From positions 62,001 to 126,000 of the forward strand of contig CDMY01000624.1 in NCBI GenBank assembly GCA_001179505.1: a DNA stretch of 64,000 bases. Reading direction: 5' to 3'. This DNA comes from Vitrella brassicaformis CCMP3155. Its lineage: Eukaryota; Protista; Chromerida. The translations under genes and the position numbers were made by a program. Of the stretch, positions 41,301-53,204 are shown piece after piece; position 1 is the first letter of the stretch; each line of letters begins with the position of its first letter. Under the pieces are notes generated by a model, which was not told the origin of the DNA, did no database searches, and saw only the letters and a list, made by a program, of their open reading frames with translations.

Positions 41301-41716
41301 TGGTTGCACGATCCGCAATGATGTGTGAGTGCATGGTGCCTGTGGGTGAGGGGGGGGGATGTCTGCCATCACTGTTGAGATCGCACTCTCATACCAGACC
41401 ATACCAGACCAGAACATTCAGACGGACGGACGGACAAATGAGTCTTACATCGCTAACACCTACCTGCTGAGTGACCGTTCATCGATCGGGCCACAACATG
41501 ACCGCGCATCTCAGTTGCAAGCAACACCCACCAACACCCCCACCCCCCACTCCCACCCCTACCCGCTAGTATTTCGCTCACTAAATGGCACCCACAAATG
41601 GTGCAGCACAGTAGCACAGGGGGCACACAGCAACCACAAGCAAGAAGTCTACTTGCAAAAGAGCCCCCTCAGCGAAGAAGAATCCCTCCCGCCCTTATTG
41701 CCCCTCCCCCTCCCCC
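32302..41716. repeat. ~9.4 kb mosaic of short simple repeats (GGAT, CTGT, GGCT, GACT, GGGA, TG) between convergent genes
   Basis: Dense, constantly switching di- to tetranucleotide runs; ORF-track translations here are repeat-derived (CVCV, DGWM, LSVC) and no phase-consistent exon chain was found. Confidence 0.8.
35961..36260. other. Assembly gap (300 N) in the repeat-rich tract
   Basis: Exactly 300 N preceded by G-rich sequence. Confidence 0.95.
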
Positions 41717-42016
41717 NNNNNNNNNNNNNNNNNNNNNNNNNNNNNNNNNNNNNNNNNNNNNNNNNNNNNNNNNNNNNNNNNNNNNNNNNNNNNNNNNNNN
41801 NNNNNNNNNNNNNNNNNNNNNNNNNNNNNNNNNNNNNNNNNNNNNNNNNNNNNNNNNNNNNNNNNNNNNNNNNNNNNNNNNNNNNNNNNNNNNNNNNNNN
41901 NNNNNNNNNNNNNNNNNNNNNNNNNNNNNNNNNNNNNNNNNNNNNNNNNNNNNNNNNNNNNNNNNNNNNNNNNNNNNNNNNNNNNNNNNNNNNNNNNNNN
42001 NNNNNNNNNNNNNNNN
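41717..42016. other. Assembly gap (300 N) at the 3' end of the coiled-coil gene
   Basis: Exactly 300 N flanked by C runs. Confidence 0.95.
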
Positions 42017-45000
42017 CCCCCGCCACACACATCTCTACTGACATGCTCCTTGAGCACACCCATTATCCTCTCCACCTCTCTCTGCCTCTCACGCGGCACC
42101 ATACTCGCCGCCCGGCTCTCCAGCCGCGCCACCATGGGCGCTAGCTTCATGTTGAGCCGGTCCATCACACGCGTCCACCTGTTGAGCTCTCGAGTGAGGC
42201 GCTTGATGGTGCTCGACTGGAACACCGATAGAGTGCCGAAAGTGACCCCCGCCATGGCGACGGTGAAGGGCAAGAAGCCCGCCAAGGTGAGCCCGGGGAA
42301 GCCGCCTAGGGCTGCGAGAACGGCGTTGGTCTTGGCCGCGCCATACAGGCTCGCGATGGCTATGCCGCCACCTGTCAAACAGACAGACAGGGAGACACGA
42401 GATGCTGTGTCTCGTGTATCTGTGCCGCGTGCTGGCTTACGCGTGATTCCTGTGGCGATGGTGGTGTACCATGCGGCCCCCGTGCCCATGGCGGCCGCCA
42501 CACCCCCAGCTGATATGCCGGCCAGCCACGCCCAGCCGTCGCTCGTCCGCTGGGCCTCCCTCTTGCTGGGCCCACCCATCTGCGAGCCATACGACGGCAC
42601 GCCCCTCCCCGCCACGGCTAGCATCATGTCGGAAGCGCGAGGGAGGGATTTCAGCAGCCCCAGGCCTTTCTCTAAATGGAGGGCGAAATCGCTCACGGCA
42701 GAGCGCTTCGCCAGCTGCCTGCTTCCCGGGTGTTTGGGGGCTGCCGGTCGCCGCCCGCTGCGCGCGTAGAGGGGTGGGATGGCTGAGAATAGGGCGGTTC
42801 TCGGCTGCTGCTTCTTGATGCTCGATGATGCCAAAGCACGGCTTCCTCTCCTGCCCTTCTTCTTGCCGCTTTTGCCCTTATTGGTGTTGGTCTTAGTCTT
42901 CTTGTTGTTGCTGCTGGTTTGGCTGACAGCGAGACCGTCCGAGCCCCAGAAGGCGCTGATGGCCATAACCCTGCCGGTGATCTCCTCCGTCCGTGTGGCG
43001 ACGGCCGCGTGCCTCTCGACAGCAGACGACAGGCGCCGCAGCTTGTCACCGAGCATGAAGGAGAAGATCGACGACCCGAGGTTGTGCGGGAGTGTGTTGT
43101 GTGCGTGTCGGATCCACTCGTGTGTGTTGATGGGGCGGAAGGTGAGAGGCAGGAGGGAGCGGCGCGTGACGGTGGATGAGGTGTGCGTCCAGAGGGAGTG
43201 CAGGGCACACGTGAGGGACCGGTGCAGACCGCTGCTGCTGCTGGGGGTGGTTGAGGATAGAGACAGCCGGTGGTGGTACTTGACGATCCGGCGGAACTGC
43301 TCAGCCGCCTTGCTGCACGGCACAGAACAGAGGGATCGACAAGCAGACGATGCATTCATTTGCAGCCTTGATCGTATCGTCACCTGATGGCCTGTAGCAT
43401 TCTCCCAAGTATGAAGTCCGACACCTTCTGCCCCACTCGGTGCTCGTCCCTCTCACCCCAGCGGGCCGCCTCGCCATCCACACCCACCAGTGCGTCCCTC
43501 AGCGCGTCTACCACCATCGAGTCGGCCCCGATCTCCTCCACCAGCTGCTCCAGATACTCGCCCACCTCCCTGGCCTTACGCCGCACATCGCGGCACTCCT
43601 TGCTGCGGCACTTGATCGGCAGACACGCCAAAGGCAGCACGGAGGGCACTGTGAGCGACGTCCACTTGGGGGGCTCCTGGCCGACGCCGAAGAGAGAGCC
43701 GCCGCCCTTGATCGACTGCTTGGTCCACTGCTCACTGGGCGGCGGGATGTCCGCCTTGCGGAAAATGTTATGGAAGAGCGACCCGACGACCGTATCGCTT
43801 GCTGGGTGGGGGTGGGCTGGGGCTGTGGCGTCCAGAGAGGCCTGGGTGCTGCCGTCTGCTGATGGCATGTTGGATGAGTGCTGCTGCTGGATCTCCATGA
43901 ACTGGTCGTTGACCTGGCTCTTCCACTCGTCGAGGTGCGTCTCTTGCTGCAGGAGGCGCTGGAGGAAGTCGGTCTTGAGCAGGGTCACCTGGCTTGTCTG
44001 CTGCTTGTGGGCGTCGCAGATGGACTCCAGGTCACGCTTAAACTGGTGCAACTGACACATACACACAGACAGACAGACAGACAGACACAGAGAAACAGAT
44101 GTGCGTCGATCGCGACCCGTTTCTGTGTGCGTGTGCGTGGTGTGTGGCACTCACTTCGTTTTGCAGTGTTTCAAATGTGGCCAGTGCCACCAGCCCCACT
44201 GAAGCAGGCTCCTTTCCAGCCCTGCCCTGCCACTTCTTGAGCCCGCCCACTTCGTTCTCCACAGCCGCCACTCTCTTGGCCAACACATTGGCTGTGTCGT
44301 TCACGGCCGCGATCTCCCTCGTGTGTCGCGTCACAATCGTGGATGTGGGAATGCGTCTCGCCGTTGTCACGTTGAACCACCCTGAGGACTGGTTGCCAGC
44401 TGGCGTCACGTCTGGCGTCTCGTCGGGCACCGTGTCGACATGGATGAAAAGCGCCCAGACAAGTGCCGCCACCACTGCGGTTGTGAGAACAACCGACCTC
44501 CACCATCCGCCGCCTGTGGCCGCCATTCTGCCCCGCCGCTTGAGCCGCGTTGGTGGCCCTCTCCGTTGTTGTGCGGCAGAGGTGAGGACATCCACGGTGT
44601 CGGGCCATGCGCCAGAGGAAACACGATCATAGAGGTAGTCGAGTGCGTCCTCCTGCTGCTGCTCGGGCGACCATCTTCTCTCCAAGAAGGAGGGATCAGA
44701 CGTGTTGCGGCGCATCGCCAGGTCGAGCCCGGTGCCTGCCGAGCCGATGCGCACACGACATCACACCACAGCACAGCGCAGTCCGCCCAGTGAGTGAGAC
44801 CATTCCCCCTCCATGTTGTGCACCTGATCGTTCGGTGGTGATGGCGTTCATATCCCACACCTCGGTCATCTGCATATGGGGCGGCATCGGCGAGCCCGGC
44901 AGCGACCGCGAGCCCTTCTTGTTTAGCTCCCGACGGGACACCTGAGGCGACGGGCTGGGCGTCTTGGGCACGGCAATGCTCTCGGCGTGAAGCGCCGGCG

Positions 45001-47734
45001 GCTGTCCGTCCTTGCCTCTGGGGCTCTCGGGCAGCTCGACGATGCCGGGCAGGGGCAGCAGCAGGGAGCTGGGGTTGGTGGCGTACGACGACGCGCGGGC
45101 GGCCTTGAGTTTGTCCTCCACCTTTTTGCCGTAAGTGTATGGCGCGATGCCCTTGGTCAGCGACCATTTGCCGGTGGTGTTAGAGACGTTGCGCGAGGGC
45201 GGCGGCGCCTTGGCACCGGACGAGGATGACGGCGGGAGAGGTGGCAACGTACCGGCGTGGGCGTCAGAGAGAGAAGAGTTCGTCTGAAACGACACACAGG
45301 CACAGAAGGCGTCTGGAGCACCCGGCTCAGCTCACGTCGCTGGGTCTTCCCGATGAGCCGCCCGACTCGATGCCCGTTCTGTGTCTGAAGAGGCTCTGCA
45401 GTGCATGTCGTGTTTGCGGCCTGGCGTTGCTGAAGCTCTGTCTCGCGGAGGGCGGCTTGAGCGAGACAGAGCTCTTGGCGCCGCCGATGCGGGCGTTGAA
45501 GAGGGAGAGTGCGTGTGAGGAGCGCTTCGACGCTGACCCGCTGCCTGTGTGCTTATCGGGCAGCACCACGGACGTCAGCAGCGTCACGCGCTCAGTCAGA
45601 CGCTGCAGCGTCAGCACACATGACATCGTATGCAGGGGTGGGTGAGGGCGCTTACGCGGAGGTCCTGTGTCTGTGAGTGCTGGAGGTCGAAGAGCACTTG
45701 CACATCCTCCTGCAAACAACACATAAACACACATATGCTTTCATTGCTTTGCTGCCCCCGGGCCAGGCTGGTCCGTTGGTCGGTTTGATGACCTTGAGCT
45801 GCGCCAGATCAAGCTCGGCCTCCAGACCGCCTCCTGCCTTGGCGTTCGGGCCGGCCTACACACAACGAAGGCCTCAATTGCAAACAGATAAGGGGCTGTC
45901 TGTATGTATTGTGCGTGTGCCAGCTTACTGCTTGGCTGCTTGTGGATCGCTGTGAGTAGCGTCTGGTGCCCCGGCGGTCCAGCAGACTCTGACGCATGTC
46001 TCTGTAAGCCTTCACCTGCGCGCGACACGCGTACACCTTTCCATAGAGATGCCCATTTGTGTCACATGATTAATGGATCTGACGTGGTCGTCTCTGAGTT
46101 CAGCGTATCTTTCTTCCATGGCGGCGACGCGCTTCTGGAGCTCATCCAGCTGTCTGCAGACACCCACACACACACAGAGATGACAAACTTGGTAACTGAC
46201 GTCCAAATCTTTGCTTACTTTGTTAGCACCGCTCCCCCCTCGACCGACACAGAGGCCTGCACAGACAGATGAGGGAAGGATCCGCCAGTTGTCTGTTCGT
46301 GTGTACTTTGTCCGTGTCTCCGTCGTGCGGTATGGCGTCGCCTGTGAGTCTGGCCAAATCCCTCCCGAAGGCCTTGAACTCACGATGGAGATCCTGAAGA
46401 CACGCATACATACAAGGAAGGCATAATGTGCAGTCGCCATGTGTGAAGGCGTCAGTCAACCCTCGCAAATGTGGATGCATGCACACGTACCGCGAGCCGA
46501 GTCTGGTGTCGGTCGCGCTCTTTCTCCAGCACGTCAACCTCCTTGACGAGGGCTTCGAGCACTTCAGACAGACCCTCCACTCGTTCCTGCACGGCCTCCT
46601 TCCACTCTATGTCCTCCTTGGCCGCCAATTTGGCGGCGTTCAACTCGTGATCGCGGAGGCTGATGCATGATAGATCGGTCAAGGATGTTTGTTTATTGAA
46701 GTGTTGAGAGATGCGTGTGCGGATGGTCTTACAGGGCTTTCAGTCGGTTGTTCTCCTCGACCATTTCGTCAAACTCCTCCTCGAAGCCGTCACTCTTTGA
46801 CTATACAGACACACAAGCGGATACCTGCATGTGATGGAGCTTGCCTCTTTCCCTTGCTCACCTTTCTTCTCCGGGCCGCCGCTGATACGCCCAGCAGGTT
46901 GCCCAGGGTGTCCATAAACCGAAACAGCCGGCCACCCTGGCCCACTCTACTAGTCTGTGAGTGGAGGCTGGCGGACGAGGTGGTATTGAGAGTGCCCAGC
47001 ATCTCGGCATTGAGGCCATGCCGGCCCAGCAACTCCCGGATCTTCTGGTACTTGGCCCTCAGACGGGCTATGCGCCGATCCTGACATGAAAGAAGACAGA
47101 GAGAATGGCTGACAGTCCCCGTGTTTGTGTGTGTGTTTGACTCTCACTTTACCCGTGTCTCGACATCGTTTTCGAGCTCGACCACAGCGTTTCGGTACAG
47201 GTCCAGCCGCTTCTGGTTGGTTATGTCGTCTCCCTCCTCCCCCACAGCCAACTCACCAGAAGGAAAGAAGGCGTCCTCTGCGGCCCTTAATGCCGACGTG
47301 TCGCTCGCAGAACTGCCAGAGTTGACGTCGCTACCAATGAAGAACCGCGGGGGGTCTCCCTGACGGGTCGTCCCGGGTGTCTTCTCGCCCCCTTCTTCCA
47401 TCTCTCCCTCCTGCGGCCTCCCGAAATGCGACAGCACCGAACCAGCCAGCCACTTGGCCGTCGACGATATCGAGCCTCTGCCTGGCATCCGGGAGGGGGA
47501 GAGAGAGGGCGAGATGTCAGTGTCGCTGTGCAGGTCGTCCATGGCGCTTCCGGTGGGCCTTGGGAGCGGCAGAGGGGGCACTACGGGGGAGGGTTGCGGC
47601 AGGCTGTGATAGTTGGAATCATCGTCGTCTTCTGTCGGTCGAAACGTCATGGGCTCATCATAGCCCTCCGCGTCGTCCCCCTCCTGTTTGTTGGGGGGCT
47701 GGGGAAGACTCATGGACGGCAAGGGATCAGCCAT
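41717..47734 (-). CDS. Large orphan coiled-coil membrane protein; 3' end runs into the assembly gap
   Basis: ATG 47734; heptad-like exons (LYRNAVVELENDVETR, EEEFDEMVEENNRLKAL, LDELQKRVAAMEERYAELRD); TM WWRSVVLTTAVVAALVWALFIHV followed by NQS/NVT/NDT sequons; further hydrophobic helices in 42100-42600. Could be more than one gene. Confidence 0.6.
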
Positions 47735-47849
47735 TGGAGCGGACGGGGGAGAAAGGGGACAGCTAAACTGGGGCCGACAATTATCAGATCACCTTCTGGG
47801 GCCGAGCGCCGTCCGCAAGCTTAGCTGAGGGTGTTCCCCTGCCGACACG

Positions 47850-50194
47850 ATGATGCTCTTGTTCCTACTACTCCCTGCCTTCTTTCACGAGGGAGGCGGC
47901 TTTCCACCAAATCTTCCCCGTTCGGCAGATCTCGCGCGGCACCCCTCTCCTCTGCGGTCTTCGCGGCATCTTCCACCGCGTTTCCGCCTCCCAAGGCGCT
48001 CTTCAACGCGCCGCAGCGGCATGAGTGAGCAGATGGCGCGGAAGCAAGAGGCCTTGAATGCCACAGCTGAGAGGGAGGCTGAGCAGCAGTTGTGGGACAG
48101 GGAGAAGCTGACTGAGAAGATCAAGGAGGCAGGCGTGGCCGGAGTGATCTCGTATGGCGCTACAGAGGTACCGAAAATACAGTGCGTAACGGCCGCCGGA
48201 CTGCACTGCACTGCAGTGTGGTGTGTATGTCAGGTTGCGTTTTGGTTGACATCATTGCCCCTGGCGATAGCCGCTTTCTTGGCGACATTCGGGGCGATAC
48301 CCGACATGGCAAATGGGGAGGACGCAGCCAAGGTCGCTGTGTACAGTGCCGGCTTCCTCAGTATCGCCCGTGCTCTTGTCCCCTTGCGTATCGCCGCTGC
48401 CCTCGCCTTGACGCCACTGGTCGGGAAATACATCAAAGCAGCACAAACCGAGAAAGGCGCAGACGACTCTCGTGCAGTGGCGGCTGATGACATCCGCAGC
48501 CAGCCACTGCACTCCAGCGCGCTTCTCTCGTCCTCTGTGGCTACCGATATTGCTACTGCAAGCCTCCCCGATCGAGTGGCCGAGCCTGTTGTGAATCACG
48601 CGTCGGAGGAACAGTCGGGACCGCGCCAACAGACTGCAGAAGGCGGCTCCGCAACACGGATGGAAGGCCGTGCTTGCCCTTGGCTGCCGAGTGCTCGTGC
48701 AAGGACGCACTCAGTGACCTTCCCGCTGCCTGAGGGAGGTGACATCTACACCTATGATGCTGTGGTGTTGGGGGGCGACATGGCCAACGAGAGAAAGAGG
48801 CCGCCTGTCGTTGTGATACCGCCCGTCGGTGTCGGCATCTCTATGGAGGTGTGGAAGAGGATGGCGAAACACTACCTCTCCCAGGTACGTCAACCGATGC
48901 ATCATTGCATCATGCGTGTGTGATGCTCACCTCTGTATGTGGGTGTGCAGGGTTGGGATGCAGAAGCCCCGATGCACTTGATCGACTTGCTGGGCACTGG
49001 TACCTGTGAGCCCAAGACAGGACCATCGGCTGGCGGCGAACCCTTCACGACAGCCCTCTACGCCGCCCAGCTGCAGCACTACATCGAGACCCACGTGAGG
49101 GAGCCTGTCGTGCTGGTTGCGCAGGGTGCGTCGGCGACTGTGGCGATGGCATTGCTCGAGAGGTCACCACAGCTGCTGAGAGGCCTCATCCTCACGTCAT
49201 CGCCAGGACGCAGGAGAGCCCTCCGGGTGGGCACACATCCACGCAAAAGAGTGGGCGGCAGGGAGCGTGATGCGTTTTGACGCGTGTGTTCGGATGCAGT
49301 CACTGCAGAGCGGTCCGGGGGTGTTTTCACGGCTGGCCTGGCGAGCGTCTGAGACGCGGGCAGGCCGGGCCTTCTACAGGTGGATGGGATACGAAGACAC
49401 CGATGCTGGTTCGTGACACCGCTGCTGGTTCGTGTGTGATGTGCAGGTGGGCCAGCCGGCCGTCGTTCATCCGGTACTTCAGTGAGGCGGTGCTGCTCTC
49501 CGACGAGACGCAGACGCGCGACGGCAGCGAATGGATGGACACGCTCACCAAAGACACGCAGAAGAACGACATCAGGTACCCGCAACCCACCGCACACAGC
49601 GAGGAGTGAGCTGACACACGTCTCTCTCTCTCTCTCTCTCTCTCTCCCCCTGTGTGTGTGTGTGTGTGTGTGTGGTGCAGTGCTGCTGTGTTGTCGTTCC
49701 TCACCGGCCACATCATGGGCGACTACCGTGACGCGATGCGGAAGGCCTCCATCCCTGTGCTACTCGTCATGGGCAAGGCACCCAGCATCAAGGACCAACG
49801 ATCCAGAAAGGTGCGAACTATGCTGCGAACCCCATCCAACCAAGTGCGTGGCTTCCGTCTCATCTCAATGTCATCAGGGTCGCGCGGAGGACGATAGGGC
49901 AGCACGCAACGACAGGCTGGTGGACACGTGAGCTCTAACTCTAATACACGCACAAACTGACAGTCGGTTGCTCTACTTATCATAATCAGGTTCCGCGGTT
50001 TCTTCGCTAGCACGGGTGTGGAGTGCATCACTCTGAGCGGCTGCAGCCCATTCTGGGAGAGTGGGTGGCAGGTTGCCCAAGAGATACACGACTTCATGAC
50101 ACGACATTTCGACACTGGGGGCGCGGCGCCTAACTCAGTGCCGTCGAGGGAGCTGACAGAGTGCTTCACGGGCACGCACTCGAGTGAGGGGTGA
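47850..50194 (+). CDS. Fusion of a DUF1279/FAM210-like membrane domain and an alpha/beta-hydrolase fold, with a putative plastid-targeting leader
   Basis: Leader MMLLFLLLPAFF followed by an R/S/P-rich segment; KIKEAGVAGVISYGATE-VAFW...ARALVPLRIAAALALTP; then PPVVVIPPVGVGIS, IDLLGTG, EPVVLVAQGAS, LLRGLILTSSP, AFYRWASRPSFIRYFS, IPVLLVMG, WESGWQVAQEIHDF. Confidence 0.75.
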
Positions 50195-50795
50195 GGCTGG
50201 GTGGATGGGTGAGGTGCTATTGGAGGGAGGAGATGAGCTGATTCGCTCAGAGACTGGCGGGTACATTTTTGTCAGATGCTGATGGGGCCGTGTGGGGGGC
50301 ATTTTTGTTATTGTGGGTTCGAACGATGGGTGTCTCATGCAGTGGGTGAGGTCGTTAGTTTTCTTGTGGTGTTCTCCATTTGTTGGATGAAGGCCCCCCT
50401 TCCGTGGTTTTGGGATGGATGGACAGTTCTCTGAGTAGTTGGCTGACTGACCATGTGCCTGCATGGATGTGTGTCCATTACCCGTGAACGAATTCTCGAC
50501 ACATAAGGCCGCACTTTTGTATTGAATCCACCCAGGTCGCTCTCTCTATCCCTTAGACAGACAGAGACACACCTCAATCGTGTTATGGGCGTATTATTGA
50601 TGGACATCTGAGCTGAGACATATCGATGGATCCGCGCATCGGCAAATGAGTTCATGAGAGCGATTAAAGAATGAGTCTCAGCAACGCGTCCAACAAGATA
50701 TAGAATGTACACAGCGATCTCTCCCGTCAGTCGGTTGTCTCAGCCAGACAAAGACGACTGCACAGCCATCCATTCATGCATACGCCGCACGGGTG

Positions 50796-52208
50796 TCATC
50801 TCCTCCACCGCAGCGTCCACATGTCCACGTCGTCGTAGGGGACGTTGTCGAACACCCTCCCACGATACACACGCCGAGCGTGGGTCGTCGACAGCATCGT
50901 CTGACGCAAATCAGTCGACGGCATCGGAGAGGCCGAACAGGCCGAATAGGCCGGAAGAGAGGTGACTGCACCAGCAGCGCCCGCCGCTTGGCGAGACTCC
51001 CACGATGTGGAGGTCCTTCCTGGCGGCAGGGGGAAGTTCGGCAGCCCCCTCTTGCCGGGGCGACGGGACGGGCAGGGAGGTCCCACAGATGGCAGCTGCC
51101 GCCTGTGGGCGTACGGGACAGAGGGAGGGAAGCAAACCGAGGAGGGATTCTCAGGCGGGGGAGAGGGGGGAGGTCCGAGAGCCCCCTCCTGCTCAGGCGA
51201 CGGGAGGGGCGGGGGGGGTGCCCCAGAGGTGGCAGCAGCTGCCACGCGGAGGCTCATGGGACAGAGGAGAGGAACGGAAACCGGGGAACAAGGCAGCCGG
51301 CCAGGGGGCCGAGAGAACGCAGCGTCACGAAGGAAGCAGCAAGGGAACGTGCATAGGACGGACAGACCAGTGTGGGGCGGCCTGTCACGCGTGACCTGAC
51401 AGACATCACATCGCATCCACAGACACGTGTGCAGAAAGAGAGACCGATCAGCCAGCCAGCCAGCCAGTCACGTGCACACCCACCCTCCCTGCTGACCACT
51501 GCGTGTGTGGCGAGGTCGGCTCTGTCCCACTCGCCCTTCATCCTCTTCTCCTTGAGCCGTTCGTATCGTTGCCACATGGCGTACACCACCACCACGTCGC
51601 CCCGAGACAGATACGCAGGCCACTCCCTCCGCTCCGCATGCCGCAGGTACTCCCTCGTCGTGAGGGCCATGGGATGGGCGCCCACAGGTTGCAGGCAGCC
51701 TCGGCCAAATTTGTCAACAGGGCTGCTGCTGATGATGGTGCTGAGGCGCTGCCCTCGTTGTCGAATGTGGTGCGGGGGCAGACGGTGCCCCATCGGAGGG
51801 CGAGGTAGGCCTGCAGCCGCTGAGTGGTGACGAGGCTCGCCGATGAAGGCGGGAGGATTGAGGGTGCTGAGCGCCGGCATCAGCACCATGTTGTTCTTGT
51901 TCTGGTTCCACAGCCTTCTCCATTCTGACGGCCTTCTTGCTCTGCCTCCAGAGATACTGCTGCTGCCGCCGTATCTTGTCCAACTCGGCATCATTGGCCC
52001 GAAGTCGTCAGCAATCACATACCGCTGGAAAACGAGGGGTATCGTTGTGGCAAACGTCTGTTGCGCGCCATGATTGCGGACAGCTCTATCAGCGTCAGCT
52101 TTGCCGCGTCTTCCATGGACTGGAATCGAGGAAATGATCTCAGTCCACACCTAATTCACCTGATCGATCACATCACACCCAACGCACGCAGGCAGGCAGT
52201 TGGGTCCG

Positions 52209-52258
<50 letters not shown>

Positions 52259-53060
52259 TGTGCGTGTGTGTGTGTGATGACTCAGGTCAAGGACGGCGAG
52301 GAGTGGATGGGCATCAGCAATCTCTCTCTGTGTGGGTGTGGGTGTGGGTGCTGCGCTGTGCTGTGCTCACTCGTTTGTTGAGGCGACGGACTTCTCGAAA
52401 CGGTGCAGGTTTTCCCCAGAGAAGTTGGGATGGATCAGATACACAGACAGAGTAACAGACAAAGGGTTCCTTGCCATCTGTCTGTCTGCATGTGTGTGTG
52501 TGTGTGTGTGTATACCTACCATCGACAGAGCCGAGCAGTGCCCGAGGTCCCACGATGGCAGGATGACAGCCGTCGACCGCACCAGCACCTCCCTCAGCCC
52601 CGTCACTGTCATCGGCGGCACCTCCTGCCACCCTGGCGCACACAGACCCCCATCGGTCAGCCGGAACAGCTTCCTGGGTGGCAAATGTGTGTGGCCCACC
52701 CAGGCGACCGGTCCGATCCGTGCTGCCACTTCTCACTCGCCTGCGTCAAGCGGGCGGCCGCCTGCTGCGTGCCGATGAGGCGGTGCTTGGGTGGGCGGGC
52801 TGCGATCGAGTCGAGGTCCGCCCAGATGCCCGGCTCGACGGGGAGCAGGGCAGCAGGTGCGAGACCTTATCCTTGAGCATGAGTATCCCGCGCACCCTCT
52901 CGAGCGCCTGCAGCTTGCCAGCCAGTGAGTCGCCCCTCACCTGCATTGCATTCACACGCCACAGCAGGCAACGTCTACAGATTCACCTCGTGAGTGCGCA
53001 CCCCCCTCCCTGTGCTCCCTTGCCCTCTCACTCACTCACCTCATCCAGCGAGAAGAAACG
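50796..53060 (-). CDS. Hypothetical multi-exon protein
   Basis: Non-repeat exon-like ORF segments 51480-52130 (VFQRYVIADDFGP...YAMWQRYERLKEKRMKGEWD) and 50796-51270 (ending RVYRGRVFDNVPYDDVDMWTLRWRR*), with GT-AG flanks. The 5' exons are only partly resolved. Confidence 0.5.
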
Positions 53061-53204
53061 CAGCCAGGAGAAGGAACGCGGCAAGGCGGAGATTGACGGA
53101 AGACAGCAAAAATTGGAAAAATTGATATTTAAGAAACCAAAGGGTTTGTCTGTTTGTCTCGTCGCGAAAATCTCGCCCGCGTGCATTCCTTGGCATTCAC
53201 TGCT

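Noticed and set aside
32435-41321. Dozens of 60-240 aa ORFs in the repeat tract
   Set aside because: Translations consist of repeat-derived peptides (CVCV, DGWMD, LSVCLS, THTH) with no splice-consistent chain.
50310-50330. gggttcga motif resembling a tRNA T-arm
   Set aside because: No acceptor, D or anticodon stems can be built around it.
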